From Dimorphilus gyrociliatus (lineage: Eukaryota > Animalia > Annelida), in contig CAJFCJ010000003.1 in the NCBI GenBank assembly GCA_904063045.1, positions 1,116,001 to 1,180,000 on the forward strand: 64,000 nt of DNA, written 5' to 3'. Both the position numbers and the translations under genes were made by a program. How positions within the stretch are numbered: the stretch's first letter is position 1; each line of letters opens with the position of its first letter. This document shows, piece by piece, positions 12,291-23,010 of the stretch. Below the pieces are notes generated by a model that saw only the letters and a list, made by a program, of their open reading frames with translations, had not been told where the DNA came from and made no database searches.

Positions 12291-12828
12291 ATATACTGTA
12301 CATATGTTTGTATATATACATCTCTCTCTCTGTCTCTCTCTCTTCTATTTCTCTCGTCAATTTCACAATACATCAATATATCCATATCATTTTCTATTGT
12401 CTTAGTTGATATCAATACGATATATGTATTTATATAGTATGACTAATGTTAATGAATTAATACTAACTCCAATCTACAATTGCTAATTACCATAAACTAT
12501 TATTATTTTCATTTATACTGTATATAAAGTATCTATTTGATTTAGTTTCTTTAAACGTTTATTTGCAAAAATTAAATGATAATAAAATAGAATTAAAGTG
12601 ACTTTTATCATTCTGTTTTGTTTTTTTTTTTAAAAAAACAAAACGAACCAGAAACAAATACATTCAATTTTTTACAAGTAATCGATCACCACCTTTTCTC
12701 TTTTCCTTTTTATTTTTAATATATTCTGCCGATGATTTACTTTTGAGCATTCAATGGTTATAAAAAAATATTGTTATTTTAATAGTTTTTGTCTATCGTC
12801 GTTTGATTTAATGTATATTTCTCAATTG

Positions 12829-15800
12829 TTATGGAGTATATGCAGGAGGGGGATCGCTGTGGACGGGTGGCATGAGATTAATTGGGTTAGATCCGTGACA
12901 GGAGCTACAGGATTGTCTTGGATTTATTCCTTCACCATCATTAGTAGAACTATTTCGTCTACTTTGGCTTTCTGCTATTACTTCTTCGTAATCTGTTTAG
13001 AAAAGTAAATGAATATACTATATATTATATTGACTACATATAATATAGACTTTTACAATATTAGTCCAGAACAAGTATTTAACACTTACCTGGAGGTTTT
13101 ATTATAGATATTGGAGTATCTGGATAATAGTTAGGCAATTGGCTTTGATCATCCAGTGTATTCCCATTGTTATTATTACGATTCTGTTCATCAGGTACCA
13201 CAGACTATAATTTTAATAGAGAAAACATTGAATATTTACATTACTTATTGTACGTAAACTATGTAGATAAATACTAATAAAAGTAGCATTTTATTATTAT
13301 TTTCTTACCTGTAAAGAAGATTTATAATAACTAATTAAAATCATAGAAGCGATTCCAATCATAAAATTAATAATGCATAATATCATAGAAGCCCATAGCA
13401 GGGATTGAAATCTACCTTCAATTTCACCACAAGATTTCACACCCTGATATTCACTAGATTGTGTCGCTAAACTGAAAAAGAAGAAGAATCAATTGGTACT
13501 ATAAATAGGAATAAGTAAATACAAGTATAAATATATAGATCAATGTAGCCTGCATAAATTGTTTTTAAACAAGAAAAATATTGTTTTCATTCGCTATATT
13601 TAGAATTCTTTCTCTTTTCTATATTACTTAACTTTGACCTTTTACTCTCTGTTGTTTTTTTTTTCTATCCTTTAATTAAACAAATTAATTTAAAAATGAT
13701 CGATGCAAATGAAGCTCTTTATCATTTTCAAAATTAATAGAAATGTGGAGGAATAAAAGAACTAGAAAAGGAGAAGAGATCTCCCTATCGTATTGTTTAC
13801 TTCATTCCCCATCTCTCTTTACGTAAATTGTATTCATATAAACACACTCGGTCGTCTCTAATATTAATAATAAGTAGCTTTTAAGGATAGGCTTACCAGA
13901 ATTTCAGATAAATAATTCATATTTACCATTTTCAGACTACCTTTACAAGATAAATGTATTAATCTGAACAGGCCTGTATATCATATTATAAAGCTAGCAG
14001 GACATTGATCTATATAAATAACCTTGAACAGTTAACGGGAAATTATAGGAGAAGCTCGAGTAATAAAGAAAAATTCTAGAGTAAGCGGTATTTCAAGCTT
14101 TAGATAAATGTTACAGTAGAGACAGGATCTGGAACTTTTGACCATTTAGTACTTACGAAACTGTTTTTTCACATTTTTGCTTTCTATGTACGTAACAGCA
14201 AAAGCAGGTATCAGCTTTAATAGTTAGTTTGCAAGAGCTAATTAGTTGAGTTTGTTGACAGAAGGTAGTTCCACCTTGAAGAGCGTAAGCGCACTGGTTA
14301 AAGTCAGTAGTCTGAAGTAAGATGATTAGAATAAAGGAGGTTATTAAGAATCAACAATAAAGCAAATAGAGAGTTTATAAATCTACATACACCCTTTATA
14401 TTGAATTGTTAATGCGAATGGAGGAAATGATTATGAAAAAATATTATTTGCTGAACTATTGCTCAAAGATTTTATTCGCTCGTTTTTAACGATGAAATGA
14501 AAGATAGAATAAAACTAAACATAAATCAAAAAAATGAAAAAATAAACAGGCTCTTACTGAGCAATCGCGGAACACTTATTTTTTCGGTATACTGGGCAAC
14601 AGAAGCAAGTTTCTCCCTCTACATCAGCTGAACACTTTTCACTTCCGCAGTAGATAGGAGATTTTTTATCGTAGTATTTGCAGTCATAAAAATCGATTCT
14701 CTTTAAATAATATAATGAAATATATTACATATGTAGAAGTTATTATCTTCTTTGTCGTTATTTTCAAAATGCTAAGAACTAATAAACACCTCCACTACCA
14801 TTAAAAGAAAGAAAAACATGCAAGCGTATAGGTTAAGAAGTAAGAGAACAAGAGAAATATAAAGAAATAAAGACGTCTTTTTCAAACTGCGAGCTTATAC
14901 TCTTTAAAAGGAAAAGCGTATTTCTTGGAAAAGAATTTCTTAAGTATCGTCTTTCAACAATTGAATTTTATAGCTAAAGAGAAGTGTTAGACACTGTTAT
15001 TCACGAGCCTATAATGATTCAATTGAATTAATGAATTCGATAATACTAAAATAAATTTATAAATAATGAATAAGATAGAAAAAAAGAAGTATTAACTTTA
15101 TAATTTTCATAATGGATCCTAATGAATATAGAGGAAAAGAGGTAGAAAGGTTGGAATAAAAGACAGTGGAATAGTAAAAATATAATAATTATATACAAAG
15201 ACGTGAACTGAACACAAAAAAACAAAAAAACAAAACTAGGACTTACAGGGATTATTATTAATTAATAAGATTTTTTAATTAGAAGTACATAGAAAAATTG
15301 TTATATATATGAATATATATATAGATCTTCACTTACTGCCACGTGACCGGCTTCTACTCCGTCGACTATTCCGCCGATGAAAGCCATAATTAGGCCTAAA
15401 GCGTTCAATACCAGTCCCCCAATTAACTAATAAAAAAATATAGATATTAAAAAGAGAAGTGACCATCGATTAAGACTTAACGAGGAGAATTGAATATTTT
15501 TTGTAATATTTCTCTGTTGTTCTCTCTCGTATATAAATTATATGAACTTGTTAATGATAAAATTTCCTTACCCATGCCTTCCCTTTTGGATAAGAAGATA
15601 AACCAACTATAAATAAAATTGTAGCTAACCCCATCTGCAAATAGTATAATAATATATTAAGTAAAATGTCTTCTCTTTAATACGAACAGCTATATGGGGC
15701 CAAAATGATCCGGCTCTTATATTATCCGTCGTCGTATAGGCTGCTAAGCCAATAGCAAAACCCATAATAGATATAGTCAGTTGAGTAAGACTGCATATGT

Positions 15801-15970
15801 AGGCTCTGCTCCTTTTATTAATAACTTTTGAGAGAAACAATAAACCAAGTTAGAGAGTTTTCATGAAAATGACTTTATTCCAAACCTGGTTTTGGTACAA
15901 TGACTTCAGGTTCAATTTGTATCTGTCTCCTTAGTTGGGGAAGAGGTCTTCTAACAGAAATATCTTGCAT
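12829..15970 (-). CDS. TMEM255: TMEM255 (FAM70)-like four-TM protein, 319 aa (exon A) or 323 aa (exon B)
   Basis: Exons (minus) 15970-15886, 15824-15688, 15634-15572, 15426-15337, [14700-14558 or 14311-14157], 13471-13309, 13204-13090, 12992-12829; all GT-AG and frame-consistent; in-frame stop upstream of ATG. Motifs IGLAAYTTTDNIRAGSFWP, GGIVDGVEA, TCFCC, EYQGVKSC..LLWASMIL and terminal PPAYTP* parallel vertebrate TMEM255 (GLAATTRTENV, IVDGVFA, TCFCC, EYIDVSSC..LLWSA, PPPYSP). Confidence 0.85.
14157..14311 (-). CDS. TMEM255: TMEM255 alternative exon B (mutually exclusive)
   Basis: cttcag|ACT...TC|gtaagt, 155 nt, phase 0 to 2; TTDFNQCAYALQGGTTFCQQTQLISSCKLTIKADTCFCCYVHRKQKCEKTV(S). Confidence 0.85.
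14558..14700 (-). CDS. TMEM255: TMEM255 alternative exon A (mutually exclusive)
   Basis: tttaaag|AGA...CA|gtaaga, 143 nt, phase 0 to 2; RIDFYDCKYYDKKSPIYCGSEKCSADVEGETCFCCPVYRKNKCSAIA(H). Confidence 0.85.
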
Positions 15971-18900
15971 GTCTTTTGCCCTTGAGCTCTCACACGTTTT
16001 TAAAAAATTACGTAGTTAGCAGATTCTTTACGCAATACTGCTTGTGAAAGTGGCTTTTCTCTCTGTTGATTTCTCTACTTAAAATATAGCTGTTCAAACT
16101 AGAACTGCCAACGGAAAAAGCATTTGTTAAGAGAATAGCAGAATTAGTGAAAGATTACTTTAAAGAATTTTACCTTAAAATTATGGCCCGTTGAAATTGT
16201 AAAAATCCAAATCAGGTGATTAGATAGCCAATGATGTATAATTTGAGAACTTTGAAGAATAACTGAGTGAAAGACGACAAGGAGAAAGAGTTCAGTATAA
16301 GATAAAGTTGAGAAAATCCCAGAAATAAAAGAAACGAAGAGGGTTGAGGGAGAAAAATGACTATTAATGAAGTATTATCCTTTTATTCAAATTATAAAAA
16401 AATAGAGAAATCCAATGTTATGTTTTTTCATACACTGTCAAATTGAAAAACCAAACTACGTTCGAACTTGGATAGGTGAAACTAATAATAAGAGTAATAA
16501 TAATAATAATAGAAGTCTACTGCTTTTAACCAACTGATTATGTATTGATGAAAGCTATTAGCCGTATAGAAAACGGCCATGTTTGTCGGCTATGACGACC
16601 GAATAAACAAATCTCGTTTGAAAGAGTTCATATAGAAAATCGAATGCGACAATGCTTAAATGGGTTTATGGAAAATTTTACGCCAATTGTTTAGCTGCTA
16701 AAATATTGATGATACTGAATAAAAATTATTTAAAATTTCATACAGCCTTCTTAAATAATCCAAGTATTTTTTTTTCTTCACATCATCCTACAATCTCTTC
16801 CCTTTTATCTGTAAAGGTTATATATCTATATGTGTAATTTTTAATGTCTAAATTAACAATGCATAACTTCCGACCAATTGAATAAATAATGCATATCTAC
16901 ATAATAGTTTAATATTTGATTCATATATGTATATACATACTAATATATATGGCATAGTCTATCCATATATATATATATACTAATATATATATATATATAT
17001 ACTGTATATACTAATACATAATAATGCATATCTTTCCTGCTTTATTAATCTTGTTTTATTTTTGTCGGCGTCTCTTTTCACCTTCAATTTCTTATTCTTT
17101 TAGTGTGTATTGTCAAATATGCTGTATAATTTATATGATACAAGGGCGTCTATTTCCTTTGCAATTTCGACAGATAGATGGTATAGAAATATAATTACTC
17201 TTCTTTGAAATATATTTAAGCTGGGTGATCATGATCAAAATGCTTTATAACTACATCGGAATGGCATTCCTTAAAACTTGAGTTAATACATAATGTCTAG
17301 TTAATTCGGAATAACTTTTTTATTCGTATAGCATTTCTTTTTTCTATGAATTCTATAGAAAGAAGAAAGAATAAAAGACTTATTATTAAGGAAAAGTGAC
17401 ATAGGTAAAAAAGAAATGTTTTATGAAAACCATTAGAAGATTTAGAGAAAGACAGAGAGAAAGAGAGATGAGAGAGAAACAGACAAGGAAAATGAGAGAG
17501 GTGATGTTCTAATTTATCAACCGTGACTCTACCTGTATGCTTCCTTTCACTATAATTTATCGTATTCATGACGTAGGGTTTGTTTTAGCTTTCAAATTTG
17601 AAAGATGAGAAACTGTATACATAGCTACTATACATAGATTATACAAATTAAGTATATATAAATATAACCTATACAGACGTCTAAACAAGGTATAATTATA
17701 TATTTAAGTTTTATATAAAAACTAATGATGTTATAGTAGCAAATATGCATATAAGGCGAAAAACTATTGCATCTGCTAAATATTATGTCAATTATTACAT
17801 AATATAGAAATATAAAATGTACATTGCATGTATAGTATTTTTATCTCTTTTTTACAACTGTTTCAAGTTCAGAAGAAATAATCTACTGTGGTCGTTAACC
17901 AGATCACTATTTAGTTCTCTTTCATTAATACTCATTCTCTACTTGCCTAAGTACGTTTTTGGATTGTTTTAACAGTACGTTCACCAATTAACAGCAATAT
18001 GGAAATAGTTCATATTTTTTCCTATTAATCCTATTTCACATCTTTCAAAGGCGATTACAGTGCAGCTTTCCTATATTCGCCTTAAGAAAAACTACTTAAC
18101 TATTTATCTAAAGATATAATTTAACCACATTCAATGTAATATTTATTAGTTTTACTTATTAATAGGAAGATTTCATAAGTTTTTTATTCAATTTACCTTT
18201 TTGAAAGAAAAAATCATTTATTCTTTTTCTTCTTTTATTTTAATGAAATCCAAAAAAACTGTATTCCATATTTCATTGATAAGTTTCTTAATTAAATCCT
18301 TCGTAGCGCCATCTGAATTCTTTTCAACCTTTCTAATTAAATTTGCAACAAAACTTAACAAACAATGTAGAAATATGTGTTTTGTTTGAACCTATTTCCT
18401 TGAAATCTTAAGTAATCTAGCTGTACTTTACCTAGTAGTAGTAATTTAGTAAAAATTTAGGAAAAGTTCAATAAACCTCTTTTTGAAATCATTTTTCGAT
18501 TTTATAAGTAAAATCGAAAATGAAACTACACCAAATAAGAAGAATCGATAATTTGCACATAAAATTCGTTTAGAGTGAGTTGTGTTGTCTAAATAAAATC
18601 ATATAAACACAAATTAAACTCACATTTTTCACATTGACTGTTTTGAAAATCTATTCAAATATCGCAAAAAAAAAAAACATAACTCCATTTGTTTCTTAGT
18701 TTTTTTTCTTTTTTTTATGTAATGTTTGTTAGAACTCTGTAAAGAGAAAAAAAATACAAAATAATCGCCAAATTTCTAATAAATGATCAAAGTAATGACT
18801 GATAACTGCAAAATCTGTAGCTAAAAATATATACAGTATTCATATACGAGAGTATACTTTTATATATACTGCATATATGATTAATCTTAATTAAATGTAA

Positions 18901-18985
18901 ATGGTCATGTACAAATGTATAGATAACACATAGATGCATGTATGCTTATAGTTACATACAGTAAATATGTAATACACATTCGCCT

Positions 18986-19021
<36 letters not shown>

Positions 19022-19070
19022 GCGTATATTTATGTTCTTTACAGTGCATGATAGTAAAAGACACGAGCAA

Positions 19071-22000
19071 TCAGTACTTCGTCCAATCTGGCATCAAAGC
19101 GTCGTTGAGAGCCTGTTGGGATGGTCTAGCCGTTCCTTCGCATCTCATATGTCTGACTTCTGGCCACCTTCGATAAAAGTTATTCAACCACTTCGAGCTC
19201 ATAGCATTAACTGTTTTCTTGCATTTTCCCAAAAATATTGCTAGACTTGAGCCCAGCTGTCTCAATTGCAAACCCTGCAGTTTAATATTAGTCTGAGCAC
19301 AAGCATAAGCGTGTTTCACCAATTTTCTCTCTTCCTCAGCAGAAAAAAGGGAATTATTCGAACGAGGTTTATTTGGAGAATTAGCATTAACTCGATCTCG
19401 TAGAGTTGAAGTGGGAACGTCGTAAAGTTTAGCTGCCTTCGTTACTGAAAAGCGTTTTCTCGTGACAGCTTTGTAGGCTTTGAGCATAGCGTCTTGTGAA
19501 TATTGATGATACTGTTTCTTATGTTCGTACTAAAAAATATACAGGATTAATAATTTTGTCACGTTGAAATCTTTAAAATATCCCTCACATTTCCATAAAG
19601 GCCTTTACGGCCCTTTTTACTTCTTCCTGGTGCTTGACCCGTGCCATCATCATCACTGTCACTTAAATCATCGGAATTAGACAAAGACTGTTGGTCGTAG
19701 TCGGTTGTGATATACGATCCAAGATACCCCGCACCCTCTCGATTTCTATATTATAAATACAATAAATTAAAGCACTTTTTCATTCACATTTTTGTTCTGA
19801 GATGTTACCTGTAGTCGTGATCAGCATCATTCATACCATAAGTTGCCATTTTTCCATTTCTAATACCAATTCTCATTTTACTTGGGGAATTCATTTTACT
19901 TTTTTGTCTCTTCGCTAAAAGCAAACGAAAATATTTTATCATTCGTTAATCTATCATTTTTGCTCCACTTACATTTTGGTAATATAAATTGGCCGCCATC
20001 AAAGGGGGCTTGTGTTTTTGGTGGCACAATCGATGGTACAAGTTCGGTGGGTGGAGCAGGAATAACGTTTGCATCTAAAGGATAAATTCCTGAATCTCTG
20101 AATGCAGCAGTTAAGTTTGCCGGTGTCCACGCTCTTTCATAAGCTCTACAGCATAGTCGACTCATATCATACTTTCTTACGGTATGCGTTCGTGCTCGAA
20201 CTATGGCGGCCCAGGCTTCATCGTAGAACACTTGCCTAGACAGTTATATATTTATTAAGTGTTTATTATATATTAGGGTATTACCTGTATAAATGTTCAG
20301 CACCCGCTATGTCGCTTGATCTTGCAACAATCATATCGGATGATCCATTATTAGTAACGACACTTACACCAGGTTCTGGTTGGAATTTGACGGCTGATAA
20401 ATGAGGAGGTAAAGGAAATAGTAGCATGTTATGTTGTCTTGCTTTATCGAGAACAGAAAGTGTTACATGACTCATATGTGCATCATATAGCACAAGCACA
20501 CATTCGTCAGGTGAATTTGGTAGATAAGTTTGCAAGTGCGTCCTGACGTACTCGCTGAATACATTGAAAGACGTTCTACCCCTTGGGGTAACGTTGCCGG
20601 AAGTGCCTTGAAGAGAACCTTCGGAGGAAATATTGTCTTTAAATATGTTTGAGATATAAGTGCTAGACAACAAACCTTCTAACAAAATACTTGGCATTTT
20701 CCTGCCAGGAAAGACGATATAAGGCGGAACGGACGACCCAACAGCATTTCCCGAAGATAAGACAGTAACACATTTATTTTTAGGCCGAAGTCGAGGTGGT
20801 TGGTTTTTTTCAGGCCAAAGGCCCTGCATTTTAGAATGAACACAGCTTTCTAGCACAAAGAATATATGGTCCGGTTTATCCATCAAATTATGCTCGTGCA
20901 AAAGGGCCTCAAATTCTGAATAGTATTTGTCAATAACCTCGCGATTATTTGACCTCTCTGCCAATTCGCTTAATTTTTTTACTTTTTGGTTACGAACCTC
21001 CGGCCAGCGACTGTAAAATCCTAAAAGCCATTTATTGCTTAATTGACCGTCATCTGTATTACGTCGGCCTATTTGAACTGCTAAATCTGTTGCTAATTCA
21101 CGTATTTTTTCTCTCGAATAGCCATATCCCAACTCATCTAAATATAAGAGATATTCAACAATTCTTCTCTCGTCACGTGTTGTTAAGATGGGAGGTTTTC
21201 TGTTTCTTCTTCGACCAGCGCTTAAAGAAACCTAATTCAAATTTCAACTTAGATCTTTTTATCATTTAAATAAGTATAAAACTGACCCTTCCCGTCACTC
21301 TATCTCTAAGTGTTGTTTGGGGAATACCATATTTCTCACTGGCCTCTCTAATTGTCATTTTATCCTTTTTAACAGCATTGTAGGCTTGTATAACATTGTG
21401 AAAGTCATACTGTCCATATTTCCCCCCAGAGGCAGTTCGTCTATGTCCAGGTGATGTGTTGAGATTTACTCGTAATGATTTTCCTCGACCCCTCGGGGGC
21501 GATGGAGATTCAGTTTCTTCAACATCTATGGCAATGTCTTCATCACTTACTTCAGATGATGACAGTTCGATTTTGCTTTTTCGAATGCGAGAACTCTGTT
21601 AATAAAAGCAATTGTTAATAAGGATTACTTTCTCAAAGTATTTTTTCAGATAAAGTGTTTGATGGCTTAACATGTCTCAAGCATGAAGGCGGCTAAATAA
21701 TGTTAAAGCCGTTGCGTAAGAATAGAAGTATAGTAAAGCAAAAGCTTCATTGTTATTTAGCCTGAACAGGAAAAAACAGGATTGCTAATTCAAGAAAATA
21801 GAAAACATATGAGAGCTGGAATAGATCGTTGACCCATCAAACACAAATTGTCAGATACTTGCTTTTCTTCTCTTCATTTCTTTTTACTTATCTTAACATA
21901 ATCTAGTCGTTCATCTGAAAAAATTGTAATGGAACATCAGGATTTTGAAATAAAAAAGTAAGGCAAATATAATACGATTAAGTTATGAACGAATCGCAGC

Positions 22001-22373
22001 TAATCACCAAGATAAATCAGGTTTAAAATGGCATTTTCTCATCTAAAAATTGTAATTATGTCCATTTCATTTAAAAAATTGCACCATAGCTCGACTAAGA
22101 GCACGAATTTAATGAATCCCTAGAAATTTCGTAGCGTTCTTTTCTCATTAACATAAACCGTTCTAATAGAAATGACCGTTTTGATGTATTTCAAATTGAA
22201 ATCATAATCCAAGTCATTTTAAAATGAATTAGTAAATTATTATAATATAGCTACCGATTTGATAGTAAAAGTATGATTCTCTAAAAGAACAAAGAGCCGT
22301 TGATAAAAAAAAGCGCGAAAACAAGGAACGTTATTATGCTTACGCGTGTCCTATTTTCGCATACCTCGGCCAT
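19071..22373 (-). CDS. Domesticated pogo/Tigger/CENP-B-like transposase-derived protein (~755 aa): psq HTH, CENP-B HTH, degenerate DDE, then a second psq and CENP-B HTH
   Basis: Exons (minus) 22373-22365 (MAE, aaaATGG), 21595-21287, 21231-20285, 20235-19900, 19859-19809, 19745-19589, 19529-19071, frame-consistent. psq1 YDFHNVIQAYNAVKKDKMTIREASEKYGIPQTTLRDRV; CENP-B1 ending SNKWLLGFYSRWPEVR; DDE_1-like VTVLSSGNAVGSSVPPYIVFPG, LVLYDAHMSH, LFPLPPH; psq2 YSQDAMLKAYKAVTRKRFSVTKAAKLYDVPTSTLRDRV; CENP-B2 ending SSKWLNNFYRRWPEVR. First exon and the 40-nt intron 19860-19899 are the least certain parts. Confidence 0.85.
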
Positions 22374-22660
22374 TTTTGTTCTTTATGTATCAGTTATTGG
22401 GTTTATTCATTAAAAAATTAAACAATTTGACAAGTGTTAAAGACTTCTCTTTTTTAGCTGATTTATTCTTGTTTAGAAAAAAAACTAAATCAGCGATGTA
22501 TTTTTAAATACTAACCAAGAATTTTCGCACGGTTCAGAAATCTCGCGTGAAATCACGAACATTCACAGAATCGCTATGCTAGACCGAGATGTTGACTCGC
22601 AGAACAGTTATGGCCGTCGTAGTCTTTCATCCAGCGTGTTCATTTTTATTTTTCCAAGTA
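22374..22660. promoter_or_regulatory. Probable bidirectional promoter / 5'UTR region between the pogo-derived gene and the zinc-finger gene
   Basis: ATGs at 22373 (-) and 23011 (+) diverge; plus-strand donor-like sites at ~22658 (caa|gtatgt) and ~22879 (cag|gtaatt) imply 5'UTR exons, shrinking the TSS gap; CpG-richer sequence with TCTCGCGTGA at ~22541 and E2F-like GCGCGAAA at ~22314. Confidence 0.5.
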
Positions 22661-23010
22661 TGTCTTATCTTTTGTGTCTATTATATCGATTTTCAAGCTT
22701 CAACGCGTGATTGTTTTTGTTGGTTGGAAGAATGTTAATTTGCATAATTAAAACATCAAAATTGATTTATTTCTAATGCATATTCTTGAAAATCACTTGC
22801 CAAATTAGGAGACGGTCTTACTTACTTATGATCGACGGTAGATCGCCTTAACTTGAAGTACGATGAACGATAATACAGGTAATTAAATACACAATGAAAG
22901 TGTCAAAATGCTAATTGCTGAAATTTTTATCGTTGCTAACTCGCTAATTTTTATCAGATCATTCTACACATGAAAATGATTCGTGCGAAAACGGTTTAGA
23001 TAACTACAGG

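Noticed and set aside
13472-14156. Third TMEM255 alternative exon in the complex intronic sequence at ~13890-14150
   Set aside because: No Cys skeleton; the acceptor/donor combinations I tried gave stops or wrong phases.
19071-21595. Active pogo/Tigger DNA transposon
   Set aside because: Multiple spliceosomal introns, two of three catalytic motifs altered, duplicated DBD, and no terminal inverted repeats or TA duplications seen; treated as a domesticated gene.
21629-21673. Alternative first exon MLSHQTLYLKKYFEK for the pogo-derived gene
   Set aside because: It would need a 33-nt intron containing an in-frame stop; the MAE exon at 22373-22365 has a better start context and donor.
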